The position numbers were made by a program, and so were the translations under genes. DNA of 64,000 nucleotides from a virus: positions 1 to 64,000 of IMG/VR virus record IMGVR_UViG_3300035696_000018. One strand, written 5' to 3'. Below the pieces are notes generated by a model. It worked only from the letters and a program-made list of their open reading frames with translations. It did no database searches and was not told the DNA's origin. Positions 14,799 to 23,713 of the stretch are shown here, piece after piece; position 1 is the stretch's first letter, and every line of letters begins with the position of its first letter.

Positions 14799-15434
14799 AT
14801 GAAATACTTCGCACAGCTAGACCAAGACGCTTGGATTGAATCCATCTTCCCACAAGGATACAAGGGCTACTTCGTTGACATCGGAGCGGCCACAGGAACG
14901 TGGATTAGCAACAGCTACCACCTTGAGAAGGTTCTTGGGTGGAACGGTATCTGCGTCGAGCCGATGCCCGAAGCATTCGCAAAGTTGAAACAAGACCGCA
15001 AATGTCAATCTTTCAATCTCGCCGTTGCTGACACGAATGGCATGGCCAAGTTTACCATCAAGGGTGAAATGAGCCAAATAGTATTCGAAAATGACGCCGA
15101 GAACCATGACATTTTTGGCCGTGGTCCGAGTAGCGAGATTGTCGAAGTCGAAACCGTGACGCCTACGGAGTTACTCAAACGAGCAAACGCCCCCACGGTG
15201 ATTGACTATCTGAGTTTGGATACCGAAGGCAATGAGCGGGCCATCCTCGCAGTTTTCCCCTTTCACGTTTACAAGGTCAAAGCCCTCACGGTGGAGCACA
15301 ATGCCCATCGGCAAGGTCCAGACCGCAAGAACAGCATCAAAACCACCTTACTATCTCATGGGTTCAGAATGGCTCACGGGGACGTAGGAGGGTTTGAGGA
15401 TTGGTATTACAATCCCGAACTTCTGACTTTATGA
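14799..15434 (+). CDS. FkbM-family SAM methyltransferase
   Basis: FVDIGAATG..SNS..GW.GICVEP..IDYLSLDTEGNE. Confidence 0.85.
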   Translation: MKYFAQLDQDAWIESIFPQGYKGYFVDIGAATGTWISNSYHLEKVLGWNGICVEPMPEAFAKLKQDRKCQSFNLAVADTNGMAKFTIKGEMSQIVFENDAENHDIFGRGPSSEIVEVETVTPTELLKRANAPTVIDYLSLDTEGNERAILAVFPFHVYKVKALTVEHNAHRQGPDRKNSIKTTLLSHGFRMAHGDVGGFEDWYYNPELLTL

Positions 15435-16015
15435 GTTACGACAACACGTTTTACGAGCAATACGAAGCTTACTTGCGAGAGAGAACTGTTCGTGAGGCTC
15501 ACGACTGGATTTTCTCTTTGGTCGCATCCGATTACCCGTTTCGGAACGTCGTTGACCTCGGGTGCGGGCGTTCGCAAGAGTTTTACCACTGTGCCAATCC
15601 GAGATATTATCTCGGGGTGGATGAAAATGTGGAAGAGAATGAGCCGTCGTTTGAATACACGTTGCTCAAAGCCAACTATCGGGAGAAAGTTCGATGGGAA
15701 GGCATGACTGCGTTTGTGAGTTTGTTCTCGTGCGAGATTACGGCTCCGTTCCCACAAAACTATGTGTATTACAACGCATTGTTTGCGTTGAATCCAGACA
15801 TACAAGCGGGGTTGGTGAGTGGATTTTTCTATGCTAATCGCAAGCATGAGAATCCCGTCGTGGAAACGGGCGGCATAAAAAGCTGGCAGACGTTGGAGGC
15901 TCCCGATGGGGTGGTTTCTTCACTTTTCAGTGAGAAACGAATCATTCAGCCAGTACCATCCAAGATGTTCGGACCCGACGTGTTCGAAGTTTGGAAGATT
16001 TTCAATAGGATTTAG
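15431..16015 (+). CDS. class I SAM-methyltransferase-like protein
   Basis: VVDLGCG motif I, YLGVD. Confidence 0.6.
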   Translation: MSYDNTFYEQYEAYLRERTVREAHDWIFSLVASDYPFRNVVDLGCGRSQEFYHCANPRYYLGVDENVEENEPSFEYTLLKANYREKVRWEGMTAFVSLFSCEITAPFPQNYVYYNALFALNPDIQAGLVSGFFYANRKHENPVVETGGIKSWQTLEAPDGVVSSLFSEKRIIQPVPSKMFGPDVFEVWKIFNRI

Positions 16016-16125
16016 TAAACCCCGAATACGGCATTATCCGGCAGCATCCCCGCTGCCGGATTTTGCCCGATTTATGTTGACACTTTTGAAGGCGTCTGGT
16101 ATATTTATGGGCAGATGCTTGAAAT

Positions 16126-16215
16126 GGTAGGATGGCAGAGCGGCTTATCGCATCGGTCTTGAAAACCGAAGTGCCCTTAAAAGCACCGGGGGTTCGAATC
16201 CCTCTCCTACCGCCA
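16126..16215 (+). tRNA. tRNA-Ser(TGA)
   Basis: TCGGT-CT-TGA-AA-ACCGA, long variable arm, GCCA. Confidence 0.9.
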
Positions 16216-16383
16216 ATTTCCCGAGTAACGAAGCCATGTTAAGTGAGGCTGAGACGGACTACGGCAACCGAGGACTCAACGGTTGGACGACCCGGCTCGC
16301 AACAGGCTGCGACTTGGTATAAACGATGACGGCAGTAGTCCCTGTCGGACGTGGTTTAGTGCAGACGCCTCACTCGGGGATAT

Positions 16384-16459
16384 GCGGATGTGGCCCAGCG
16401 GCAACGGCACCACTCTTACACAGTGGCTATCACAGGTTCGAGTCCTGTCATCCGTACCA
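16384..16459 (+). tRNA. tRNA-Val(TAC)
   Basis: CCACT-CT-TAC-AC-AGTGG, CCA. Confidence 0.9.
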
Positions 16460-16463
16460 ATTT

Positions 16464-16760
16464 ATGAAACAGTTGATGATACCAGAAGTCATGGAAGCAA
16501 CGCTCGTTCATCCGAACGGAAAGCAAGAGCGGGTTCGGCTCGGGCAATATGAATGCTTTATGATTTCCGAGGAAAATGGATGGGACGTTCATGCGTGTCG
16601 CCCCGCAGTGGTATCAAATACTTATGTCATGGACGTGACCCGTGGTGATAACGTCAAGGTTGTTTTTGACAACCCGTGGTATTATCAAACGGACCCCGAA
16701 TTAGGAATGCCCGATGAACTCCGAAGAAAGCCTAAGCGAACAGACCTTAAAAGGGGGTAG
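16464..16760 (+). CDS. hypothetical protein
   Basis: ATG just after a tRNA. Confidence 0.6.
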   Translation: MKQLMIPEVMEATLVHPNGKQERVRLGQYECFMISEENGWDVHACRPAVVSNTYVMDVTRGDNVKVVFDNPWYYQTDPELGMPDELRRKPKRTDLKRG

Positions 16761-17091
16761 AGGACAGTGTTCTCAGTGCGGTGAATGGCACAACAATGTC
16801 TCTTACCATGAGGCCCATGAATGCAAAAAGCGTCCTTGTTGGGACTGTGGGAAACCTCAAGACCAATGCGAATGTGGAATAACGGCGTGCCACGAATGCG
16901 GAGAAGAAGTCGGAGCAATGTGCGTTTGTCAAGGAACACCGTTACCCTCGGATGAAGAGGATACAACGCCAACGGAACAATTTACAAAGCGGATGGAGAG
17001 GGTGACGGCGTTGCCGCCCCCGACACTGGAAGAAGTTCAAATTCAGATGGAAGCTTCTGCCAGATGGAGAAAAGAACATCAAGGTGAATAG
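16714..17091 (+). CDS. Cys-rich hypothetical protein
   Basis: multiple CxxC motifs. Confidence 0.55.
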   Translation: MNSEESLSEQTLKGGRGQCSQCGEWHNNVSYHEAHECKKRPCWDCGKPQDQCECGITACHECGEEVGAMCVCQGTPLPSDEEDTTPTEQFTKRMERVTALPPPTLEEVQIQMEASARWRKEHQGE

Positions 17092-17497
17092 TCGTAAACA
17101 AGGTGACGTAGGAACTGGTTATGCCGTTACGTATTTTTTGACGAACGGATACACAGTATCCATACCGATGTCTGACAGTCAGGGTTATGACCTTGTAGTA
17201 GAGAAGGATGGTAAGTTTGAGCGGGTGCAGTGCAAGACCACCTTCAAAAAGAACAAACATGGAATTTATCAGGTTGAACTGCGGACGATTAGCAACACCC
17301 GTGGTAAACAGCTTGAAGTACGCAAGCCGTCAAAGGATAACTTTGACCTTTTGTTTGTGACTGATGGGAACGGAAAAATGTATCTTATTCCCTCATTGGA
17401 AGTTCACGGAAGAAATTGTATATCGCTTGCAATAAGACAACAGAACGTTGTCCAATTTGGTAAGTTGGGAGAGAGGCTTAATCCAGTGCTTTGCTAA
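17084..17497 (+). CDS. PD-(D/E)XK homing-type endonuclease
   Basis: QGDVG..VSIP.SD..YDLVVE..RVQCKT..FDLLF; stop inside tRNA-Ser. Confidence 0.8.
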   Translation: MNSRKQGDVGTGYAVTYFLTNGYTVSIPMSDSQGYDLVVEKDGKFERVQCKTTFKKNKHGIYQVELRTISNTRGKQLEVRKPSKDNFDLLFVTDGNGKMYLIPSLEVHGRNCISLAIRQQNVVQFGKLGERLNPVLC

Positions 17498-17548
17498 AGC
17501 ACCGCACCCTAAAAAGTGCCGGGGGTTCGAATCCCTCACTTACCGCCA
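17459..17548 (+). tRNA. tRNA-Ser(GCT)
   Basis: GTGCT-TT-GCT-AA-AGCAC, GCCA. Confidence 0.9.
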
Positions 17549-17552
17549 CTTT

Positions 17553-17855
17553 ATGACAAACAAAGACATAGTTACAAATTGGAAGACCCTCGGGGTTCTA
17601 CTCGAAGGGGAGAAAGAACCACAAAAACTCGTCGAGCATTTCATGCTTTGTTGGGGTGAAGTCCAACAGCCAATCGAGTTGGAAGATGGCAAGAAAGTCA
17701 GCGTAGTCATTTTCGACACGGGCGGCGAACAAGGCAGTCCTTCTCTGTGGTGCCACTCGGACGAACAAGACAACTGTTGGGAGTTGTATTTCGACCCGAA
17801 GGATGAAAAGTCCAAAGAGAAGGTCATCGGCAAGTTTGTCAAACTGGGAGATTAG
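17553..17855 (+). CDS. hypothetical protein
   Basis: ORF between tRNAs; stop inside tRNA-Val. Confidence 0.6.
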   Translation: MTNKDIVTNWKTLGVLLEGEKEPQKLVEHFMLCWGEVQQPIELEDGKKVSVVIFDTGGEQGSPSLWCHSDEQDNCWELYFDPKDEKSKEKVIGKFVKLGD

Positions 17856-17919
17856 TATAACAGTAGAACAGTTCACTCACACTGAACAGGCGAAGGTGCG
17901 ACTCCTTCATCTCCTACCA
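17846..17919 (+). tRNA. tRNA-Val(CAC)
   Basis: GTTCA-CT-CAC-AC-TGAAC, CCA. Confidence 0.85.
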
Positions 17920-17923
17920 TTTT

Positions 17924-18142
17924 ATGAAGTACAACGAGAAAGCAGACGACTACCTAGAAACGCTCTATAACTCGGTAGGAGCCACGGCATGGGAGCAGAA
18001 GTATAACACGCTCTGCATCAAGATGGGTATTCGTCCCGAGAACCAGTCGTTCAGCCATACTCCCTCGTGGGAACAAAAGGTTGGATGCATGGAATACGAA
18101 TTGCTTAACGAGTTAAGACTCATTCAACTCACATTAGTATGA
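17924..18142 (+). CDS. hypothetical protein
   Basis: ORF coupled to the next. Confidence 0.6.
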   Translation: MKYNEKADDYLETLYNSVGATAWEQKYNTLCIKMGIRPENQSFSHTPSWEQKVGCMEYELLNELRLIQLTLV

Positions 18143-18765
18143 ATAAGACCCCAATGCCTTTCTACAAAAAGATACTCTATGGGTGGCTCGCCAGCATTGT
18201 CATCGCTCTCATAATGACATTGTTTACGGGTTGTGCTACTCGTGGGTTTCCTCCTGTGGCAACCATCAACAATTTCGACCACGTTGACAGTTATGTATGC
18301 CGTGGAGCACAACCCAATCAGTATGGGCTTGAGTTTCTCGCACGAATACAGCATGTCACTTTGGTAATCAATCTCCGAAACGTCGGAGATACTTGGGACC
18401 GAGAAGGAGTCATTTGCGTCAACGAAGGCATGAAGTACGCATGGGTTCCGCTCCCGGGAGCATCCGCCCCGACACCACAGCAAGAAGCATTGGTACAGGC
18501 TCTCATTGCCAATGAGGTTGCCCACGGCGGGAAGGTTTTCATTCATTGTCAACATGGTTGCGATAGAACGGGCACCGCTGTTGCGTGCTACGAAATCAAC
18601 CGTGGCGTCCCCAATGACGTGGCATTGAAGGAAGCGAAGTTCTATGGTCTGTCTCCGTTTGAGCCAGGAATGTCGGACTTCATCAAGAAATACAAACCAT
18701 CGGAGGATGCTATGACACCGCTAAACGCCCCAAGTACCGTGCCGTCAAGAGGCAAGAGTTTGTAG
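18139..18765 (+). CDS. tyrosine/dual-specificity phosphatase-family lipoprotein
   Basis: FTGC lipobox; RGAQP, VINLR, IHCQHGCDRTG (CX5R). Confidence 0.85.
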   Translation: MNKTPMPFYKKILYGWLASIVIALIMTLFTGCATRGFPPVATINNFDHVDSYVCRGAQPNQYGLEFLARIQHVTLVINLRNVGDTWDREGVICVNEGMKYAWVPLPGASAPTPQQEALVQALIANEVAHGGKVFIHCQHGCDRTGTAVACYEINRGVPNDVALKEAKFYGLSPFEPGMSDFIKKYKPSEDAMTPLNAPSTVPSRGKSL

Positions 18766-18776
18766 AGAATTGGGAA

Positions 18777-19151
18777 TTGTATATCAATTTCCCGAAGGTC
18801 TTTACCATACCTCCCATAAAGGGAGACCCAAATGGAGAGGAAGCAAAGTATGCTTTTCTCTGTTGGGAGAACGGAATCCAAGTTCCTTGCCGAGAGCCAG
18901 AACTCTTTCAGAGAGCGATTGAAGGCAAGATGACGGTGAACTTTCAGATTGAACAATGGTCTGAGGGCATGTGGGAAAAACAACTACAATGTCCGCTGTT
19001 CTTTCCCGAAGAGATTTTTGAGTACTGCCGAGGATACCCCAAGTGGGTGTTCAAGTCAGTGATAGAACAAACCAAGAAGCGTGTCATGACCGACCTTGGT
19101 TTTATCCCAACGTGGCTCAAGCGTGGGGATACGTTAGGTGACATTACGTAA
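18777..19151 (+). CDS. hypothetical protein
   Basis: ORF track. Confidence 0.55.
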   Translation: MYINFPKVFTIPPIKGDPNGEEAKYAFLCWENGIQVPCREPELFQRAIEGKMTVNFQIEQWSEGMWEKQLQCPLFFPEEIFEYCRGYPKWVFKSVIEQTKKRVMTDLGFIPTWLKRGDTLGDIT

Positions 19152-19227
19152 CATGTCGTTCCTCGCAGCCTTAAGGCTTGCGACAATGCTTCTGGCCCCG
19201 TGAGCGAGTTTAATCACGGGGCACTAC

Positions 19228-19301
19228 AGCCGTGTAGTATAAAAGTAGAACATGTCATTGACACTGACAAGACGGTGGGGCAGTACCACTCACGGCTACC
19301 A
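19228..19301 (+). tRNA. tRNA-Val(GAC)
   Basis: TGTCA-TT-GAC-AC-TGACA, CCA. Confidence 0.85.
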
Positions 19302-19317
19302 TTTATCTTGGAGGGAG

Positions 19318-19353
19318 CAGAAAACCCACCTGCTTTAGCGGGTGGGTAGTTCA
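19318..19353 (+). mobile_element. IS200/IS605(TnpB)-type right-end hairpin remnant
   Basis: GAAAACCCACCTGC-TTTA-GCGGGTGGGT-AGTTCA resembles TnpB element ends; no tnpB in the window. Confidence 0.45.
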
Positions 19354-19430
19354 TTCAAATGCATTCGTTTTGGTGGAGTCTGCAACTCGGGCAAGAGGGC
19401 TTGCCAAGAACTTCGAACATTGAGGACAAA

Positions 19431-19733
19431 GTGAAAAGGTTACTTTTAGCGATTTCAGTAGCGGGAATGCTACTTATGACTGGGTGTATTCCCCTTCGTA
19501 CCAATGGCACCACCCATTATTTGGTGGTTGGCATCGGGGTGGTAAGTGTGAATAACACCAACCAGTCCTCGGCGACCGTTACCAAGACCACAGTTCTTGG
19601 TGGATATGCGTCGGAGAATGGGGGCGGAATTGGGTACAGTTCTCAAAACCGCATAATGGTCAACACCAACGCCGATATAGCAATCGAAGTGAAAAGTGTA
19701 CCATTCAAATCAATGAAGGTGGACGTGAAATGA
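19431..19733 (+). CDS. putative lipoprotein
   Basis: MTGC lipobox; likely GTG start. Confidence 0.6.
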   Translation: MKRLLLAISVAGMLLMTGCIPLRTNGTTHYLVVGIGVVSVNNTNQSSATVTKTTVLGGYASENGGGIGYSSQNRIMVNTNADIAIEVKSVPFKSMKVDVK

Positions 19734-20143
19734 AAAGAATTTTTGCAGCAATCGGCGTGGCAGTATTGTCCGTGGCCCTCTTAACGGGTTGCCGTACTCC
19801 AATGAATTGTGTTGTTATCGGCTCGGGAACCACAGTTGGGTTTGATGTATCCGAGGCACCAGCAACACAAACGCCTCAAGCCACGCTTGCATACAAGCGG
19901 GTGGAACTTGCAGTCGTTCCTGTCAATACGAATGGTGTCGTCCCCGATGTTATTATGGACTTCTCGTTCAAGACGAGCCTCTTCACTTCGGCGGGTGGAA
20001 TTTACTCTCGCATTGCTGTGGGTCCAAACGCTACAACGCAAACTCCAGCAGCTTTGATGATGGCTAAAAACCGAAGTGGTAATATCATTACCAATCTCTC
20101 GGTTTTAGTCCCGCAGTTTCTCACAACCAAACCAACCAAGTAA
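19730..20143 (+). CDS. putative lipoprotein
   Basis: LTGC lipobox. Confidence 0.7.
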   Translation: MKRIFAAIGVAVLSVALLTGCRTPMNCVVIGSGTTVGFDVSEAPATQTPQATLAYKRVELAVVPVNTNGVVPDVIMDFSFKTSLFTSAGGIYSRIAVGPNATTQTPAALMMAKNRSGNIITNLSVLVPQFLTTKPTK

Positions 20144-20144
20144 C

Positions 20145-20483
20145 ATGTCATCACTAAGAAGTTTCAAGAGGCACCTAGACCCTAAGAAGGTCTGGTTAGC
20201 ACAGCAAGTCGCAATCGAGAAGGTCAAGATTGCTCGTCAAGTCGTGGCCGAACGTGCCAAGAAGGATGCTGCATTCGCAGCCGAGGTTCTCAAGGCCGTG
20301 GGTGACAACCTTCCGAAGGAAATCAAGGAAGCGTGTGAGGAAGGTATCAAGAGTCACGAGCCAATCGTTGGCGGGGATACAACCTATAAGTTGACCGAGA
20401 CGGTACAACTTGATGGCGGCGGGACTATTCTAGTTGACCCAAACGAGTCAATAATGGATGGGACGAAAGCCGAAAAGGCTTGA
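20145..20483 (+). CDS. hypothetical protein
   Basis: ORF track. Confidence 0.65.
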   Translation: MSSLRSFKRHLDPKKVWLAQQVAIEKVKIARQVVAERAKKDAAFAAEVLKAVGDNLPKEIKEACEEGIKSHEPIVGGDTTYKLTETVQLDGGGTILVDPNESIMDGTKAEKA

Positions 20484-20577
20484 TATTTATAGGAACTACT
20501 TCTCGCCGTAACAGGTGATTGCCGAGACCATACAAACGATTTCGGCTACGACGCCAGCGTCCAAAGCTGGTGTCTAT

Positions 20578-20655
20578 CGGAGTGTAGCACAGCTTGGCTA
20601 GTGCGTCTGCTTTGGGAGCAGAAGGTCGTTGGTTCAAATCCAATCACTCCGACCA
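20578..20655 (+). tRNA. tRNA-Pro(TGG)
   Basis: canonical, TCTGC-TT-TGG-GA-GCAGA. Confidence 0.95.
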
Positions 20656-20660
20656 GATTT

Positions 20661-20981
20661 ATGGCAACAGTTATGCAAACACCGTGGTCCGACGAGTTGG
20701 TTAAACGACTCAATGAAGACCAACACAGCAACGGCATCCACCCCTATACGTGTGGAAATTGCCGAGACAAATTGGGCATCTACTACGCTCGAAACAAAAA
20801 GACTGGTGTGGAACGCCACATTGGAATTTTGGGGAAACCTACCGAGGACGAAGAGACAGTCATCCATGACCGTGAGCTAGTCGCCACGAAAGATGGGTGG
20901 ATATGTCCTACTTGTGACTACAAACAAGACTGGTGTCTAAACCCCATTGAATGTTGGGTAAGAGCGGAAGACTTAAAATAA
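20661..20981 (+). CDS. zinc-ribbon hypothetical protein
   Basis: HPYTCGNC..WICPTCDYKQDW. Confidence 0.7.
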   Translation: MATVMQTPWSDELVKRLNEDQHSNGIHPYTCGNCRDKLGIYYARNKKTGVERHIGILGKPTEDEETVIHDRELVATKDGWICPTCDYKQDWCLNPIECWVRAEDLK

Positions 20982-21020
20982 GTTGACGATTCTCTTAGTG
21001 GGTGTTAAAATGCATCCACA

Positions 21021-21527
21021 ATGAGGAAGCAAGACTACGAGTTTCAACCCCAGGATGCAAAGGGGAAAGTTGCAGAAAAGCTTTTCGCCGATACAAATGC
21101 CGAATTCGGACCAATCAAACAGGAAGACAAAAGTTGGATTGACTTCGTTCTATCAAAACTCCCTCCGTGGACAACCAAACCCAACACGGAAATCAAGGGA
21201 GATGATATGTCGCAATACACTGGCAACATCTTTGTTGAAAAGTGTGTCATAAAGAATCAAAATCTGTTTGATGGCGGGCCGTGGAGAGCAATAAAATCCG
21301 ATGCCAATTACGTTCATTTTGCCCTCTACAACAACACATTTTATTGGCTTGATGCGGAGAAGTTCGCCGATTGGATAGATAGGGCGGGAATCCTTTGTAA
21401 GCCAGGAGCTAACAACAAGGATGGGAGTTATGTTCATGGATACATCATTTCCATTGACCGCATCGAGGGACTAAGCAAAGACATTTTAATACACAAACAA
21501 GTCTATGACAAAACAAGAAAAGCTTGA
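21021..21527 (+). CDS. PD-(D/E)XK-like nuclease fold protein
   Basis: GKVAE..IDF..EIKGD..TGNIFVE. Confidence 0.55.
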   Translation: MRKQDYEFQPQDAKGKVAEKLFADTNAEFGPIKQEDKSWIDFVLSKLPPWTTKPNTEIKGDDMSQYTGNIFVEKCVIKNQNLFDGGPWRAIKSDANYVHFALYNNTFYWLDAEKFADWIDRAGILCKPGANNKDGSYVHGYIISIDRIEGLSKDILIHKQVYDKTRKA

Positions 21528-21852
21528 AGCAATCCTCGAACGCCTTGACAAAAAAGGCATAGGTATTGACGGTAATCATATCTCCGCAATGGTGATTTCT
21601 GGTTATCTCAACGACCTTTCCAAAATCGGTCTTATCGAGAGTGCGTTCGATTTAACTCCCTCGGGGGAAACGATTCGGTCAGTTTGCGACGAATTTGATT
21701 GGAAGCCAGAGGATGACGAAATCAAAGCGTTCGTCATGGAAATGGTTGCTCCAAAGGAACAAGCCCCATTCTACTTCATGATTAAGAAGTGGCGGGACGA
21801 CCGTGAGGGGCTTAAGGAAGACTTCAAAAAGGTTCAGGAAACGGGCGAATAA
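21505..21852 (+). CDS. hypothetical protein
   Basis: ORF track. Confidence 0.65.
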   Translation: MTKQEKLEAILERLDKKGIGIDGNHISAMVISGYLNDLSKIGLIESAFDLTPSGETIRSVCDEFDWKPEDDEIKAFVMEMVAPKEQAPFYFMIKKWRDDREGLKEDFKKVQETGE

Positions 21853-21900
21853 CATCCGACTTTCGGAGGTTGGTCATATATTTATCCCTAAAGGATAAGT

Positions 21901-22092
21901 ATGTGGATTAAACAATGCCCAGTATGTAATGGAACACGCAAGAATTCGGACCCTCCACCGATAACACTATCTTGTCAAAATTGCCAAGGTACGGGTGCAG
22001 TTCCAAGTACAGACCCCGCAGATGAATACAACGAACAAATCGTTGATAATTCTGGGAATTGGGTCATTGTAAACGTACCTCCACAACAGTAA
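21901..22092 (+). CDS. DnaJ-type zinc-finger small protein
   Basis: CPVCNGT..CQNCQGTG; AAGGA RBS. Confidence 0.6.
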   Translation: MWIKQCPVCNGTRKNSDPPPITLSCQNCQGTGAVPSTDPADEYNEQIVDNSGNWVIVNVPPQQ

Positions 22093-22093
22093 T

Positions 22094-22178
22094 GCTACGG
22101 TGGCGGAATGGCAGACGCATCAGCTTGAGGGGCTGACGGGTAATTCCTTGAGGGTTCAAGTCCCTCCCGTAGCACCAT
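22094..22178 (+). tRNA. tRNA-Leu(GAG)
   Basis: TCAGC-TT-GAG-GG-GCTGA, long variable arm, CCA. Confidence 0.9.
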
Positions 22179-22184
22179 TTGTTT

Positions 22185-22499
22185 ATGAAACTCGAAACCG
22201 TTGTCGTCACCGCAAAATTGTTCTGTGTCTTTGCTGGCACTAGCTTGCTCACTCTTCAAACTGGTTTAGGCCAATGGTCACAGACCGAAAAAAGCCCCAC
22301 CGTTATCCAATGGGTAATGGTTGTCGGCGGCTCTCTCGGAACGGGGTTAACGGCCACGGGTGCCTTCCTGTCCAACGCCTTCGGGAACTACATGAACAAC
22401 GTCAACATCAATGGAAATGGGCCAATCACGCCTCCCACGGGAAGTGTGAATCAGGTGTTGACAGAAGCCAAAAAGCCTGATACATTGGTTCCAGAATAA
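22185..22499 (+). CDS. small membrane protein (two hydrophobic segments)
   Basis: hydropathy pattern. Confidence 0.55.
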   Translation: MKLETVVVTAKLFCVFAGTSLLTLQTGLGQWSQTEKSPTVIQWVMVVGGSLGTGLTATGAFLSNAFGNYMNNVNINGNGPITPPTGSVNQVLTEAKKPDTLVPE

Positions 22500-22514
22500 C
22501 GGTTCTTTGAATTT

Positions 22515-22777
22515 TGTCGTAAGCGACTCTACGCTGGCCCGCAAGGGTTAGAGGAAGTTCGCCGCTGCACAGCAGCTATGGGAGAGTGCAAAACACTCGT
22601 TTGGACCAAACAGTAGCAGCAATCCTAAAGTCCCAAAGGCTAGTGCTGGCCGTGGTAAAGGGAAGGTTGGAGCAGTCCCCTTTAACGGGGGACCGGGTTA
22701 AAATCCGAGAAAAATGTAGAGATAAACCAGAACGGCGGCTAAAACACTGTGCTATATGCCGGTGGGTGCGAACGACA
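22515..22777 (+). ncRNA. rnpB: compact RNase P RNA (rnpB-like)
   Basis: CR-I GAGGAAGTTCGCCG (22551) and CR-V CAGAACGGCGGCTA (22728) complementary in P4; P2 CTCTAC/GTAGAG; P3 CTGGCCC-GCAA-GGGTTAG. Confidence 0.75.
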
Positions 22778-22985
22778 GATACAGAATGGGTGGACGCCCG
22801 TAAGGAGTATTCCGATTGGGCTGCGAAGGTGACGCCCCCTGACAGCACGTTTATCACTGTCCACCCACCAATTTGACAGTAGTGGGGACGGCAGAAATGC
22901 CGCACCAGCCTCGCTCAGTATCTTGTACGGGTCGTGTGCTTACCCGCAGTGACAAGTTCACATGAATATCTGCATCAGCACTCAC

Positions 22986-23059
22986 GGGGCCGTCGTTCAA
23001 CAGTAGGACGAGTCGTTCGCAACGATTAGATAGGGGTGCGACTCCCCTCGGCTCCACCA
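22986..23059 (+). tRNA. tRNA-Ala(CGC)
   Basis: G3-U70, AGTCG-TT-CGC-AA-CGATT. Confidence 0.9.
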
Positions 23060-23071
23060 CTTTAATGAGTT

Positions 23072-23713
23072 ATGGGAATGAATGAAACGATGTTCGAACG
23101 CAATTTCCGTCCTCGGATGGAAAAGTGTCCGAAAGTTACCCTCACGGAGCAGCAAATGAAGTTTGTTCGAGACTTCGTTGCCCGCCTCTACAAACGCAAG
23201 ATTGACGAATATCCGTGGGATGCCAAAAACATCATTGACCGTAATGTCATTGGCCGTATGTGCGAGTACGGATTCCTCGGGGGATATGGAAAGGCAGACT
23301 ACTTCGACGATTCCTTCGGCCACTCCACTGAATACGATGCTCCCGATTTGTGGCAATCGCCCAAACACAAACGTCATTTGCCAGACCCTCGCATTCCCGT
23401 GGATATAAAAGGGGCCAATGTTGAGCGTAGGAATACGCCTCTCATTGAAAAGGAGCAGAAAGTCGTCGCCATCAATGGAATTCGGTATCGTTGCCCCGAG
23501 GTCATTTGTCTCGGCGATTTGGTCAGCGGTGAAGTGTGGATTTTGGGAATTGCTTCTCCCGAGGTTTTGACCACCTACAGCAGTGAGTCGCTCATTAAGA
23601 ATGCAAACAACAACAAGAAAACTGCATTCTTCGGGGCCGACAAACTGGTTGATATTCCCAAGACTTGGGAAGAACTCCGAACGGTCTGCAACTCCTTGCT
23701 CGCAAAAGTATGA
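23072..23713 (+). CDS. hypothetical protein (possible PD-(D/E)XK fold)
   Basis: IGRMCEY..PD..VDIKG pattern. Confidence 0.6.
   Translation: MGMNETMFERNFRPRMEKCPKVTLTEQQMKFVRDFVARLYKRKIDEYPWDAKNIIDRNVIGRMCEYGFLGGYGKADYFDDSFGHSTEYDAPDLWQSPKHKRHLPDPRIPVDIKGANVERRNTPLIEKEQKVVAINGIRYRCPEVICLGDLVSGEVWILGIASPEVLTTYSSESLIKNANNNKKTAFFGADKLVDIPKTWEELRTVCNSLLAKV

Noticed and set aside
22586-22876. 96-aa ORF
   Set aside because: It lies on the RNase P-like RNA, which explains the sequence better.
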